From: Roseivirga sp.
Lineage (GTDB): Bacteria > Bacteroidota > Bacteroidia > Cytophagales > Cyclobacteriaceae
Assembly: GCA_018402485.1 (NCBI GenBank)
Contig: JAGYIY010000004.1
Span: forward strand, 2,587-66,586
Length of the DNA: 64,000 nucleotides
Reading direction: 5' to 3'
Positions within the stretch are counted from its first letter, which is position 1. Every line of letters starts with the position of its first letter. The translations under genes and the position numbers were made by a program. Under the pieces are notes generated by a model. It was not told the origin of the DNA and did not search any database. It saw nothing but the letters and a program-made list of their open reading frames with translations. Positions 50,209-60,044 of the stretch are shown one piece after another.

Positions 50209-51477
50209 TTATTTGATTTTTTCTTGATGTTTCTCAATATCAAATAAATCATTCAATATATCTACCAACGAATCGGCCTCTCCACGTTTACAAGCAGCCT
50301 TTAGTTTTAAAATAGGCAGTTTCATTATTTTTTGTGTGAGGCTTTTGGAAAACTTCTCGGCAAACTCCTCTATTTCCGGAGAAGCATTTTTCAAGTGCTT
50401 CTTGATTTCGTCTTGGCGAATCGCTTCAAGGGAAGATTTAATTTTTTGAATGGTCGGGGAGACTTCCATTTCTTGAGACCATTCACCAAAGTCATTGATG
50501 AGGTCGGAGATGATTTGTTCAACTTGTGGTACAGCTGCTATTCTTTTATCGATTGCTTGTTCCGTCTTGTCCTTGATTTCGTCAATGTTGAAAAGACTAA
50601 AGCCTTCAATTTGCTCGATGGCAAAATCAATTGATCTTGGAATAGAGAGGTCAATAAAGTACTTGATTCCTTTGGGCTGGTAATCTTTAAAATCTTCCAG
50701 ACTGATATAGTCTTTTACACTAACACTGGAAAGAATAATATCATAGTTCGCCCACTGACCTTTGCTTTCTTTAAAGTCAAGGGTATTGAAACCGGTTTCT
50801 TTGGAAAGCATCATGGCTTTATCGGCAGTTCGATTGCTTAGGGTGATTTGAAGGTCATTTCCAGCTAAATTTTTTACAGCATCTGTACCTATTTCCCCAA
50901 GACCCAATACCAATACTTTTGGACTGACAAATGAGTTGCTAAGGGTTTTAATCAATTCTGCGGCAGCATAAGAGATGCTGGCCGCTCCATCTTTGAAGGA
51001 TGTTTCTTGAACCACTCTTTTGTTGGCATAAAAAATAGAGTGCAAGAGTCTGTGTAAAAAGGGCCCAGCCGTATTGTGATCTGCTGCTTGCTGATAGGCT
51101 CCTTTAACTTGATTCACAATTTGGATGTCTCCTACTACTTGAGCTTCTAAGCCCATGGCTACACGGAAAAGGTAATTGACTGTTTTTTCAGTCTCTAACA
51201 AATGCTCAAAGTATTTCACATAGGTTTTTCCTTTTGAAAAAATACCTTTCATTCGAAGTACAAAAGCAATGATTTCTTCATTCACGTTTTGAGGAGATGA
51301 GTAATAAAGCTCGGTCCTGTTGCAAGTGGAAAGTATCAAGAAATCATGCAAACCATAGAGTTCCGGTAAGGTCTGCAGCAGATGAGCACGTTCTTCATGG
51401 CTTAGCGCAAATAACTCTCTGATTTCTACAGGAGTGTTTTTGTATGATAAAATGAGCGCCTTAAAATTTCCTTGCAT
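50209..51477 (-). CDS. hemA: Glutamyl-tRNA reductase
   Basis: LSTCNRTELY active site, QVVGDIQIVNQVK, GLGEIG NADPH motif, DLSIPRSI. Confidence 0.94.
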   Translation of the reverse strand: MQGNFKALILSYKNTPVEIRELFALSHEERAHLLQTLPELYGLHDFLILSTCNRTELYYSSPQNVNEEIIAFVLRMKGIFSKGKTYVKYFEHLLETEKTVNYLFRVAMGLEAQVVGDIQIVNQVKGAYQQAADHNTAGPFLHRLLHSIFYANKRVVQETSFKDGAASISYAAAELIKTLSNSFVSPKVLVLGLGEIGTDAVKNLAGNDLQITLSNRTADKAMMLSKETGFNTLDFKESKGQWANYDIILSSVSVKDYISLEDFKDYQPKGIKYFIDLSIPRSIDFAIEQIEGFSLFNIDEIKDKTEQAIDKRIAAVPQVEQIISDLINDFGEWSQEMEVSPTIQKIKSSLEAIRQDEIKKHLKNASPEIEEFAEKFSKSLTQKIMKLPILKLKAACKRGEADSLVDILNDLFDIEKHQEKIK

Positions 51478-51505
51478 GGAGTATTGTTGATTCTAAATGA
51501 CAACG

Positions 51506-51513
51506 CAAATCTA
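51506..51513 (-). promoter_or_regulatory. -7 promoter element (TAGATTTG) for hemA
   Basis: TAnnTTTG on the minus strand, 28 nt upstream of the ATG. Confidence 0.5.
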
Positions 51514-51557
51514 AGCCCTTCAGTTAGGTCTAAAAAGTGATTTAAGTCATGTTAAGC

Positions 51558-51580
51558 TTATTTAGATTCTTTCTAGATTA
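51558..51580. promoter_or_regulatory. Imperfect palindrome resembling the Bacteroidota iron/Fur-type operator
   Basis: TTATTTAGATTCTTTCTAGATTA between the divergent hemA and comEA-like genes. Confidence 0.45.
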
Positions 51581-51655
51581 TAGTGTTGGCCCTCTAAAAG
51601 CTATTGCCTAATCGCTTCGTTGAGATTAAATATAAAACTTCTTATATTTGATTAA

Positions 51656-52594
51656 ATGTTAAGGCAGTTTATAAAGAGGAATATGGGGTTTAGCCAAACT
51701 GAGGCAAATGGTTTTCTTGTTTTATTACCACTCATTTTTCTCATTGTTCTGAGTCCACTGTTGTATGAGAGATTTTTCATCACTCATTACGATGCTTATG
51801 AAAGTGACCATAGGCTATTGGACAGTTTAAACCGACAGTTACAGTTAGCTTTCATTCCAAAAAAAGAAGAGCTTCAGCATGAAAACTTTTTATTCAACCC
51901 TAATCATATCTCGCAAGACTCCATGATTCTTTTGGGCATTCCGTCATTTTTGGCACAGCGTATTGTAAATTACAGAAGCAAGGGAGGAAGGTTTTATGAA
52001 ACCAATGACCTCGCCAATATTTACGATTTTCCAGATAGTTTGTATCGGCGTTTATCGGCTTGGGTGGTGTTGGAGGAATCCAATAAGTTGGTATCTGGGC
52101 GCTCTTTTACTGCGGTTACAGCTCACGAGTCAAAGGGCAATGGTAAGGCTCAGGTGGTGCTTAAGCAGCCAAAAGAAGTGGATGTAGAAGCACCGGTTTT
52201 GGTAGATATCAATACAGCCGACACTTTGGGTTTACAAAAGATTTTTGGGATTGGTCCGAGCTTTGCCAGGCGAATTGTTAAATACCGCGAACTTTTGGGT
52301 GGCTACATTGATGTACAACAATTGCAAGAGGTTTATGGGTTGTCAGATACGCTTTTTCAAAAAATTGAAGCCCATATTACCATCGCTGACACGGTAAAGG
52401 TGACAACTATCCCAATTAATCTTGCAGACTTCAAAGCATTGGTAGCTCATCCTTACATTTCCTACGAAATGACCAAAGCCATCTTATCGGCTAAAAGTCA
52501 ATATGGCAAGTTTCGAAAACCGGAGGATTTATTTAAAATTGAAGCAGCAGATTCTGCATGGGTTTACAAATTAGCTCCTTACCTTAGTTTCTGA
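51656..52594 (+). CDS. Membrane-anchored ComEA-family HhH protein
   Basis: One N-terminal TM helix; three HhH-type blocks (FNPN...AQRIVNYRSKGG; DINTAD...GIGPSFARRIVKYRELLGG; PINLAD...HPYI). Confidence 0.8.
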   Translation: MLRQFIKRNMGFSQTEANGFLVLLPLIFLIVLSPLLYERFFITHYDAYESDHRLLDSLNRQLQLAFIPKKEELQHENFLFNPNHISQDSMILLGIPSFLAQRIVNYRSKGGRFYETNDLANIYDFPDSLYRRLSAWVVLEESNKLVSGRSFTAVTAHESKGNGKAQVVLKQPKEVDVEAPVLVDINTADTLGLQKIFGIGPSFARRIVKYRELLGGYIDVQQLQEVYGLSDTLFQKIEAHITIADTVKVTTIPINLADFKALVAHPYISYEMTKAILSAKSQYGKFRKPEDLFKIEAADSAWVYKLAPYLSF

Positions 52595-52595
52595 G

Positions 52596-54044
52596 ATGAA
52601 AATACTAAGTGCCAAACAAGATCGAGCAGCTGAGGCCTACACCATTGAGAATGAGCCCATTTCTTCCTTATCTTTAATGGAGAGAGCGTCCTCAGTCTTC
52701 GTAGAAAGTTTTTGCCAGCATTATGACAAGAGCCATTCCATTCAGGTGATTTGTGGCTCGGGGAATAATGGGGGAGATGGGTTAGTGATTGGTAGAAGAT
52801 TAAAAGCAGAGGGATTTCAAGTCAATACAACCGTAATTCTCACCGATGCTCCCAGTAAAGAATTGAAAATGCAACTGGAGAAATCAGGAAGTGAAACCCA
52901 TCAACTTGCTTTCGGTGAAGCCTTGGAAGTAGCACCCGTTTTGGTTATTGATGCCCTATTTGGTACTGGATTAAATAGACCCTTGAATGGGGGATGGACA
53001 CAATATATACGTCAAATCAATCAAAATGCACGTCATATTGTGTCTGTAGATATCCCTTCCGGTCTTATGGCTGACGAAATAACACCGGGTGATGCCATTA
53101 TTCAAGCCAATCACACCATCACCCTAAATGCCCCTAAATTATCCTTCTTCATTCCGGAAATGGGTAAATATGTTGGCACTTGGAGGGCTGTTGATATCGG
53201 GTTGCATCGAGATTTTCTACGAGATGTTGCCTATTCACATGTGCTAACCCGTTCAGAAATTTTGAGCGATGTACCTACACGAGGAACATTTCAGCACAAA
53301 GGAGATTTTGGCCGTGTACAAAACATTGCAGGCAGTTTTGGTAAAATGGGGGCAGCCGTGCTGAGCAGTAAAGCCATTATGCGCTCTGGGGCTGGTTTAC
53401 TCACCACGCATGTACCGGCTTGTGGCGTAAACATTATGCAAATTGCAGTCCCTGAGGCCATGGTTTCATCAGACCAGCAAGACCATTATATTTCCAAGGT
53501 TGAAATGGATAAAGCGACCGATGTTTTATGCGTAGGGCCTGGCTTAGGAACGCATCAGGCAACTGCTAACTGGTTACTTCAAACCCTGAAAAAGGTGAAG
53601 ACCCCAATGGTGATGGATGCAGATGCTTTAAACATGATAGCGGCCACTCCGGAGAAATGGGTTAATCTACCTGAGGGCTGTATCATTACCCCACATTTAG
53701 GTGAATTTCACCGTCTTTTTGGAATGCACGATAATGGCTTCGAACGGCTACAAACAGCGCAAAAGATAGCTAAGCAAAAGCAGATGGTTGTAGTATTAAA
53801 GGGGGCTCATACCGCTATCATCGCTCCTGATGGTATGGTTTATTTTAATTCAACAGGGAATCCGGGCATGGCTACGGCAGGCAGTGGAGATGTACTGGCC
53901 GGAATGATTGCCGGTTGGTGGGCACAAGGGCTCCATGCCACGCTTGCCGCAAGGGTTGCTGTTTACCTTCATGGCCAAAAAGGCGACAAACTCTCAAAAA
54001 AAATAGGACAAAATGCGATAATGGCATCAGATTTGCTTTGTTAA
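52596..54044 (+). CDS. nnr: Bifunctional NAD(P)H-hydrate epimerase/dehydratase
   Basis: LMERA, CGSGNNGGDG, DALFGTG, VDIPSG; HKGDFG, GPGLG, DADAL, TPHLGEF, ATAGSGDVLAG. Confidence 0.92.
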   Translation: MKILSAKQDRAAEAYTIENEPISSLSLMERASSVFVESFCQHYDKSHSIQVICGSGNNGGDGLVIGRRLKAEGFQVNTTVILTDAPSKELKMQLEKSGSETHQLAFGEALEVAPVLVIDALFGTGLNRPLNGGWTQYIRQINQNARHIVSVDIPSGLMADEITPGDAIIQANHTITLNAPKLSFFIPEMGKYVGTWRAVDIGLHRDFLRDVAYSHVLTRSEILSDVPTRGTFQHKGDFGRVQNIAGSFGKMGAAVLSSKAIMRSGAGLLTTHVPACGVNIMQIAVPEAMVSSDQQDHYISKVEMDKATDVLCVGPGLGTHQATANWLLQTLKKVKTPMVMDADALNMIAATPEKWVNLPEGCIITPHLGEFHRLFGMHDNGFERLQTAQKIAKQKQMVVVLKGAHTAIIAPDGMVYFNSTGNPGMATAGSGDVLAGMIAGWWAQGLHATLAARVAVYLHGQKGDKLSKKIGQNAIMASDLLC

Positions 54045-54090
54045 AAAAGGTGAATATTAACGATCGTTTTAGGTTTTTATTGAAACATTC

Positions 54091-54114
54091 AACATCTTTA
54101 TTCCACTTTCGTCA
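54091..54114 (+). promoter_or_regulatory. Putative ECF sigma promoter (AAC-N17-CGTC)
   Basis: AAC at 54091-54093, 17-nt spacer, CGTC at 54111-54114, 21 nt upstream of the GTG start. Confidence 0.35.
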
Positions 54115-54135
54115 AAAAGAAACGTCTGAATTCGC

Positions 54136-54504
54136 GTGAGCATCTTGAGCCTACATAAAAACATAGTTAGACTGGTCCTTTGCACCACTTTTTTTTGTTG
54201 CATGGCTATGTCTTTTGCACAAGAAGCAAAGATGAGCTCTCAATTATCCCTGAAGCCAAAAGTGGAGGTTTTCCCAAATCCAACCTTGAATTCCATAACC
54301 ATTGATTTATCGGGCTTAGATTTGACTCAGCCCAAGTTAGAAATCCGAAGCATCATTGGAAATAAAATGTTGATAGATTTTGAGAAACAATCTACCAACA
54401 TTTACAAAGCAGATGTAAAATCTTTTCCACGAGGTTATTATTTATTGGTGGTGAGAGATGACCGTAAAAAGTTTCAGCAAACCACTCGATTTAGTAAAAA
54501 ATAG
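54136..54504 (+). CDS. T9SS type-A sorting domain (CTD)-only protein
   Basis: Signal peptide, then VFPNP...GYYLLVV...TTRFSKK with no cargo domain. Confidence 0.75.
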   Translation: MSILSLHKNIVRLVLCTTFFCCMAMSFAQEAKMSSQLSLKPKVEVFPNPTLNSITIDLSGLDLTQPKLEIRSIIGNKMLIDFEKQSTNIYKADVKSFPRGYYLLVVRDDRKKFQQTTRFSKK

Positions 54505-54522
54505 TCACTGCAATTCAATGGG

Positions 54523-55968
54523 TTAGAAATCGGCATTTCCCGGTGTTCTGGGGAAAGGAATGACGTCGCGTATATTGGTGAGCCCGGTGATGAATAGCAT
54601 CAAACGTTCGAAGCCCAATCCAAAACCACTATGAGGAGCAGACCCAAAACGCCTAGTGTCTAAGTACCAATCCATTTCCTTCTCTTCAATTTTCATTTCT
54701 GCCATTCTACTCGTTAAAACCTCTAATCTTTCCTCACGCTGAGAGCCTCCAACGATTTCTCCAATGCCGGGGAAAAGCACATCCATAGCGGCCACTGTTT
54801 TTTTATCCTCATTTAATCGCATGTAAAAGGCCTTGATGTCTTTTGGATAATCTTTCAGTACAACAGGCTTGGCAAAATGCTTTTCTACCAGATATCTTTC
54901 GTGCTCTGATTGCAGGTCGGCACCCCAATCTTCAATAGGGTATTGAAATTTTTTCTTTTTATTGGGTTTTGAATTCTTGAGTATATCAATTGCTTCTGTG
55001 TACGTTAAAACCTCGAAATCATTTTCTAAAACAAAACGAAGCTTTTCTGTTAATGTCATAGGGCTTCTTTCCTGAGCTGGTTTTGTCTTCTCTTCCTCTA
55101 ATAATCTTTTTTCAAGAAAGTCGATATCATCAGCCCCATGTGTCAAGGCATAGTCAATCAAATATTTCAGATATTCTTGAACCAAAGCAATGCTATCATT
55201 TAGGTCGTAAAATGCCATTTCAGGTTCAATCATCCAGAACTCTGCAAGGTGGCGGGTGGTATTTGAGTTCTCTGCACGAAAAGTAGGGCCGAAAGTATAG
55301 ATCTCACTGAGTGCTAATGCCCCTAATTCACCTTCTAGCTGACCAGAAACGGTTAAGCTCGTTTCTTTACCAAAAAAATCTTTTTTAAAATCTACTTCAC
55401 CAGCCTCATTCAAAGGAGGGTGTTGTGGATCTAGCGTTGTAACACGAAACATCTCTCCTGCTCCTTCCGCATCACTACCGGTGATGATGGGTGTATGTAG
55501 GTTGAAGAACCCCTTTTGATTAAAAAACTGGTGGGTGGCAAAAGCCATTGCATGTCGCAATCGGAACACAGCGCCAAACGTATTCGTGCGTGGTCGTAGA
55601 TGTGCAATTTCTCTTAAGTATTCGAATGAATGCTTTTTCGGTTGTAATGGATATTGCTCGGCATGCGATTTTCCCAAAACCATGATTTCTTCAGCTTTGA
55701 TTTCTACATTTTGGCCTACACCTTCCGATGGCACCAGCTGACCGATTACTGACAGACAAGCTCCGGTTTGTACTTCTTTCAGTATGTCTTCTGAAATGGT
55801 TGCGTTATCTGCCACCACTTGAATGTTTTGAAGACAAGAGCCATCATTTAAGGCGATAAAGCTTACGTGCTTGTTTCCGCGCTTGGTTCTTACCCAACCC
55901 TTGGCTTGTACCTGGATGTTTTCATCTGTACTCTTTAATAAAGCCGCTATTTTGGTTCTTTCAGACAT
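54523..55968 (-). CDS. asnS: Asparagine--tRNA ligase
   Basis: [54 protein letters not shown]. Confidence 0.97.
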   Translation of the reverse strand: MSERTKIAALLKSTDENIQVQAKGWVRTKRGNKHVSFIALNDGSCLQNIQVVADNATISEDILKEVQTGACLSVIGQLVPSEGVGQNVEIKAEEIMVLGKSHAEQYPLQPKKHSFEYLREIAHLRPRTNTFGAVFRLRHAMAFATHQFFNQKGFFNLHTPIITGSDAEGAGEMFRVTTLDPQHPPLNEAGEVDFKKDFFGKETSLTVSGQLEGELGALALSEIYTFGPTFRAENSNTTRHLAEFWMIEPEMAFYDLNDSIALVQEYLKYLIDYALTHGADDIDFLEKRLLEEEKTKPAQERSPMTLTEKLRFVLENDFEVLTYTEAIDILKNSKPNKKKKFQYPIEDWGADLQSEHERYLVEKHFAKPVVLKDYPKDIKAFYMRLNEDKKTVAAMDVLFPGIGEIVGGSQREERLEVLTSRMAEMKIEEKEMDWYLDTRRFGSAPHSGFGLGFERLMLFITGLTNIRDVIPFPRTPGNADF

Positions 55969-56184
55969 GGCGATTGTTTAAGGATTTTGGTAACAAATTA
56001 AGAAGACAAAAAAATGACTTTTTAACGGTATTCACAACAATTATCCTGCTTTCCATTATTAAGTTGAATTCAAAGGAAATGGGTTAAAATAGCCTTAAGT
56101 AACTCGCATTCAATACTTTTCTATAATTTGCACGATTTTTGTTAAAAAGTTCATTTCACTATCTAAATCTCATAGACTTTCTTT

Positions 56185-56192
56185 TAACTTTG
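56185..56192 (+). promoter_or_regulatory. -7 promoter element (TAACTTTG) for rpoN
   Basis: TAnnTTTG 27 nt upstream of the ATG. Confidence 0.5.
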
Positions 56193-56219
56193 AATGTAAG
56201 GTCAGAATGATGTGTCACC

Positions 56220-57677
56220 ATGCAAAAACTCAGTCTTAATCAATCGCTCGGTCAAAAGTTATCTCCTCAGCAGATACAATTTATCAAACTGTTGCAGGTG
56301 CCTACTGCTGAATTGGACAGTCGAGTGGAGGAGGAGTTAGAGGTCAATCCGGCCTTAGAAGAGGGTAAAGAGGAAAATGATCAAGATACTACAGAAGATT
56401 TTGAGGAAGAGGGCACCACAGGAGACGAGCTAGATATTAAAGATTACTTGGGGGATGATGACTATTCAGGATATAAGATGCAAGGTGATGGGAACTATAA
56501 CGATGAAGAAAAGGAAATGCCCATTGCTATGCAGACTTCCTTAAACGATCAACTTGAAATGCAACTTGGTTTTCTGGGATTAGACAATAGGCAAGAAAAA
56601 ATTGGTTTACAGCTATTGGGCAGCATAGAGTCTGATGGCTACATTCGTCGGTCGCTAGATGCCATTGTAAACGACTTGGCATTTTCCCAAAATATTGAAA
56701 CAGATATTGATGAGTTGGAGGAGTTGTTGGAGCATATTCAGCAATTTGATCCCGCTGGCATTGGCGCAAGAAGCTTGCAGGAATGTTTGATCATTCAGCT
56801 CGATAGAAAGATAGAGTTTGCTGAAAGTGATGAAGAACATCTTAAGGTATTGGACTTAGCGAAAAGAATTATTCAAGTATCCTTCGATGAGTTTACCAAA
56901 AAACATTACACGAAAATTGTTAAAAAGCTACATATTGAAGATGAGTTACTTTTTAAAGAAGCAGTTGCTGTAATTACAAAATTGAACCCCAAACCAGGAG
57001 GAGTATCCCAAGGGTTGGTCAAAACACAATACCTGATTCCTGATTTTATTCTGGCCAATACCGATGGTAAGCTAGACTTGATGTTGAACAGTAAAAATGC
57101 TCCTGAGTTACGAGTGAGTAGCTCCTACAGCGATATGTTTGCAGCATATGATAAGAGTGATAAAAAAGATAAAAAGCTGAAAGAAACAGTGTCTTTTGTG
57201 AAGCAAAAACTGGATGCAGCCAAGTGGTTTATCGAGGCCATTCGGCAAAGACAGAACACCCTAATCAGAACCATGGAAGCCATCATTAAGTATCAATACG
57301 ACTTTTTTCAAGAAGGCGATGAATCTAAATTGAGACCTATGATTTTGAAAGATATTGCAGAAATGATTGATATGGATATTTCAACAGTTTCTCGCGTGGC
57401 CAATTCCAAATCCATTCAAACCGACTTTGGTATATTCCCTTTGAAATACTTTTTTAGTGAAGGCATTTCAACTGCGAGTGGTGAGGATGTAAGCAGTAGG
57501 GAGGTGAAAAATGTACTCTCACGCTTGATTGAAGCAGAAAGTAAGAAAAAACCGCTATCTGATGACCGTCTAGAAAAGGCATTGCGTGCCAAAGGGTTTC
57601 AGATTGCCCGTAGAACGGTAGCCAAATACCGTGAACAATTAGGGATACCGGTAGCCAGGTTAAGAAAAGAACTTTGA
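56220..57677 (+). CDS. rpoN: RNA polymerase sigma-54 factor
   Basis: Gln/Leu-rich region I, DPAGIGAR, STVSRV, RpoN box ARRTVAKYRE. Confidence 0.97.
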   Translation: MQKLSLNQSLGQKLSPQQIQFIKLLQVPTAELDSRVEEELEVNPALEEGKEENDQDTTEDFEEEGTTGDELDIKDYLGDDDYSGYKMQGDGNYNDEEKEMPIAMQTSLNDQLEMQLGFLGLDNRQEKIGLQLLGSIESDGYIRRSLDAIVNDLAFSQNIETDIDELEELLEHIQQFDPAGIGARSLQECLIIQLDRKIEFAESDEEHLKVLDLAKRIIQVSFDEFTKKHYTKIVKKLHIEDELLFKEAVAVITKLNPKPGGVSQGLVKTQYLIPDFILANTDGKLDLMLNSKNAPELRVSSSYSDMFAAYDKSDKKDKKLKETVSFVKQKLDAAKWFIEAIRQRQNTLIRTMEAIIKYQYDFFQEGDESKLRPMILKDIAEMIDMDISTVSRVANSKSIQTDFGIFPLKYFFSEGISTASGEDVSSREVKNVLSRLIEAESKKKPLSDDRLEKALRAKGFQIARRTVAKYREQLGIPVARLRKEL

Positions 57678-57678
57678 T

Positions 57679-58296
57679 TTGAATAGAGCCGCCAAAATCA
57701 TTACATACCTTATTCAGCCCTTGCTGATGCCTACTTTGGTGTTTTTTACCTTATTGTTCTATGTAGAGGAGGTACCTCAATTCTCTGCAATCAATAAATG
57801 GCGTATTGTTGGCTTGGTTTTTATTACCACCTGCCTGATTCCTATCATAACCATGGTGGTTTTTAAGTTGACGAAGGTGATCAAAGATTTTCACATGAAA
57901 GAACGCAAAGAACGATATTTTCCTTTCCTGTTTGTTTCCTTTTTTTATCTGGTGGTTTCCTTTATGTTTCGTCAACAAGATTGGGTAAATACACTGATGG
58001 AAGTGGTCTTTTTGACCATAACAACCGTGGTCATTATAACCAACGGCATTACCTTTAAGTATAAAATTAGCGCCCATGCAGCCGGTGTTTTTGGTTGGCT
58101 GGGGTTTGTTTTGGCCTTTAGTCAACTCAATAGATCTTCTGCCGAGTTGTTGCTTCCATTGATTTTAGCCATAAGTTTGTCTGCTTTGGTGTCTTGGTCT
58201 CGTTTGTATCTTAACGCCCATAGTCCAAGAGAAATCCTTGCAGGAGCTACTCTTGGTTTTTCTTTTTCTTATTTTTCCATTCAAATTTTTGTTTGA
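57679..58296 (+). CDS. PAP2-like integral membrane protein
   Basis: About 6 TM segments; KISAH and SRLYLNAHS...G motifs (PAP2 C2/C3-like). Confidence 0.6.
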   Translation: MNRAAKIITYLIQPLLMPTLVFFTLLFYVEEVPQFSAINKWRIVGLVFITTCLIPIITMVVFKLTKVIKDFHMKERKERYFPFLFVSFFYLVVSFMFRQQDWVNTLMEVVFLTITTVVIITNGITFKYKISAHAAGVFGWLGFVLAFSQLNRSSAELLLPLILAISLSALVSWSRLYLNAHSPREILAGATLGFSFSYFSIQIFV

Positions 58297-59075
58297 TGTA
58301 CGAGTTTATCGAATTTCAAAATGAAGGTGGCATCGCCACCATTACCCTGAATAGGCCGGAGGTCTATAATGCCTTAAACAATGAAATTACTTTTGAAATG
58401 CAAGATGCATTAAAAGTATGTTTAAGAGATGCGAGCATTCGCGTAATTGTGCTGACAGGTGAAGGTAAGGCATTTTGCAGTGGCCAGGATTTAAAGGCGT
58501 CGTCAGCCAATCCTAATCGTTCTTTTTCCGATTCCATTCATAAAAGGTATAACCCCATCATTAAGGGGATTCGAAATATGCCTAAGCCTGTTCTTTGTCG
58601 CTTGAATGGAGTTGCTGCAGGAGCAGGCTGTTCCTTTGCACTTGCCTGCGATATGATCATTGCCTCAGAGAATGCGACATTGATTGAGGTATTCGTGAAC
58701 ATAGGTTTGGTTTTAGATTCAGGTTCATCTTATTTCTTGCCGCGGCTTTTAGGTAGTTCTAAGGCTTTTGAATTGGCCACCATGGGAACAAAGCTTTCCG
58801 CAAAGGATGCCCACTCACTGGGCTTGGTGACTGAGGCCGTACCAGAAAATGAATTAGATGCAACCTTGAAAAAATACACTGACTTCTACGCCTCTGCGCC
58901 TACGAAAGCCATTGGTTTAATGAAAAAAATGTTGAATAAGTCACATGGTGCATCCTTGGATGAGATGCTCAATTACGAGGCTTACTGCCAAGATATAGCG
59001 GGCAGCACAGCTGATCATAAAGAAGGTGTACAAGCTTTCTTAGAGAAGCGTAAGCCTAACTTCAAGGGTGAATGA
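58296..59075 (+). CDS. Enoyl-CoA hydratase/isomerase (PaaG-like crotonase)
   Basis: ITLNRPE..NAL, FCSGQDL, VAAGAGCSFALACD, IGLVLDSG, EGVQAFLEKRKP; TGATG overlap with the upstream gene. Confidence 0.85.
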   Translation: MYEFIEFQNEGGIATITLNRPEVYNALNNEITFEMQDALKVCLRDASIRVIVLTGEGKAFCSGQDLKASSANPNRSFSDSIHKRYNPIIKGIRNMPKPVLCRLNGVAAGAGCSFALACDMIIASENATLIEVFVNIGLVLDSGSSYFLPRLLGSSKAFELATMGTKLSAKDAHSLGLVTEAVPENELDATLKKYTDFYASAPTKAIGLMKKMLNKSHGASLDEMLNYEAYCQDIAGSTADHKEGVQAFLEKRKPNFKGE

Positions 59076-59096
59076 AATGAATCCTTGCAATGGGTT

Positions 59097-59804
59097 CTAA
59101 AATCCGATAAGGGAAATACCAAAGGTTAAATTACGGGTGTCTTCACCACCAGCTGGAGGTGTTGAAAATTTATCCGATAATTCATAATATCCGAATAGGC
59201 TGAACGGTCCGGCGCCAAAGCGTGCCTGAATGCCATACCGAAAGCGAGACACACCTAGGTCACCTCTATCTTTTACCATGTTTCGGTCACCTACACTGTC
59301 TTCATAACGGTACTTGATAAAAGAAGAGTACATGACCCCGGCTTTTACCCCAAAAGCCGCCCTGATTCCCTTACGATAATCATCTTTTCTGGTGTAATAG
59401 CGTATTTCTAGTGGTATTTCAAAATAATTTATTCCGATTTTAGATTTACCAAACTCTAGTACATTAGCGGTTAAATCAGTAAGTGGAACAGCATTTACAG
59501 TACGAACGCCGTTGGCATCAATCGAGCCAACAATGGTAAAATCATTTTCTACTGAAAATTTTTCGAAGGTTAAACCTAATCCTGGAGTGAAGGTGAATTT
59601 GCTATCGCCAATAGGGAAATCATAAAAATAGGTAAGCCCCACTGTTTTCGATTGAAAGCCGTTAAGACTAATATCAGTTGGACTTTTCGCCCAGCTGTTG
59701 ACTCCCAGGTCAAGAAGCAATGAGCCAGGCAAATCTGGTCTCTGGGCTATGGCTGAAAGGTGAAGGGTTAATAAAATAAATAGCGATAACGTTATTCTCT
59801 TCAT
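59097..59804 (-). CDS. Outer-membrane beta-barrel (porin family) protein
   Basis: Signal peptide; YFEIPLEIRY; alternating strands; terminal Phe. Confidence 0.7.
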   Translation of the reverse strand: MKRITLSLFILLTLHLSAIAQRPDLPGSLLLDLGVNSWAKSPTDISLNGFQSKTVGLTYFYDFPIGDSKFTFTPGLGLTFEKFSVENDFTIVGSIDANGVRTVNAVPLTDLTANVLEFGKSKIGINYFEIPLEIRYYTRKDDYRKGIRAAFGVKAGVMYSSFIKYRYEDSVGDRNMVKDRGDLGVSRFRYGIQARFGAGPFSLFGYYELSDKFSTPPAGGEDTRNLTFGISLIGF

Positions 59805-59827
59805 AAGTATGTGGCTCTTACCAGTGG

Positions 59828-59835
59828 CAAAGTTA
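59828..59835 (-). promoter_or_regulatory. -7 promoter element (TAACTTTG) for the porin gene
   Basis: TAnnTTTG on the minus strand, 23 nt upstream of the ATG. Confidence 0.5.
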
Positions 59836-59886
59836 ATGTTTTTTAAAAGTTATAACAGAGGACTTTCGCAAAGAAAAAGAATTACT

Positions 59887-59894
59887 TACCTTTG
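59887..59894 (+). promoter_or_regulatory. -7 promoter element (TACCTTTG) for tRNA-Arg
   Basis: TACCTTTGCA upstream of the tRNA, a typical Bacteroidota stable-RNA promoter form. Confidence 0.65.
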
Positions 59895-59969
59895 CAGCCG
59901 GTTTTAACGGACTTTAACAGAGAAAGTGAGGTTAAAAGTTTTACTTTCGCGCTTCGTTAAATTGCAAAT

Positions 59970-60043
59970 GGCCTCGTAGCATAACTGAATAGTGCACTTG
60001 ATTACGGCTCAAGAGGTTGCAGGTTTGAATCCTGCCGAGGTCA
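59970..60043 (+). tRNA. tRNA-Arg (ACG)
   Basis: Cloverleaf: acceptor GGCCTCG/CGAGGTC, D stem GCAT/GTGC, anticodon stem CTTGA/TCAAG with loop TT-ACG-GC, T stem GCAGG/CCTGC. CCA is not encoded. Confidence 0.95.
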
Positions 60044-60044
60044 C

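Noticed and set aside
55969-56219. Sigma-54 (-24/-12) promoter or ncRNA in the asnS-rpoN gap
   Set aside because: No TGGCAC-N5-TTGC match or stable structure seen; the gap is explained by divergent promoters.
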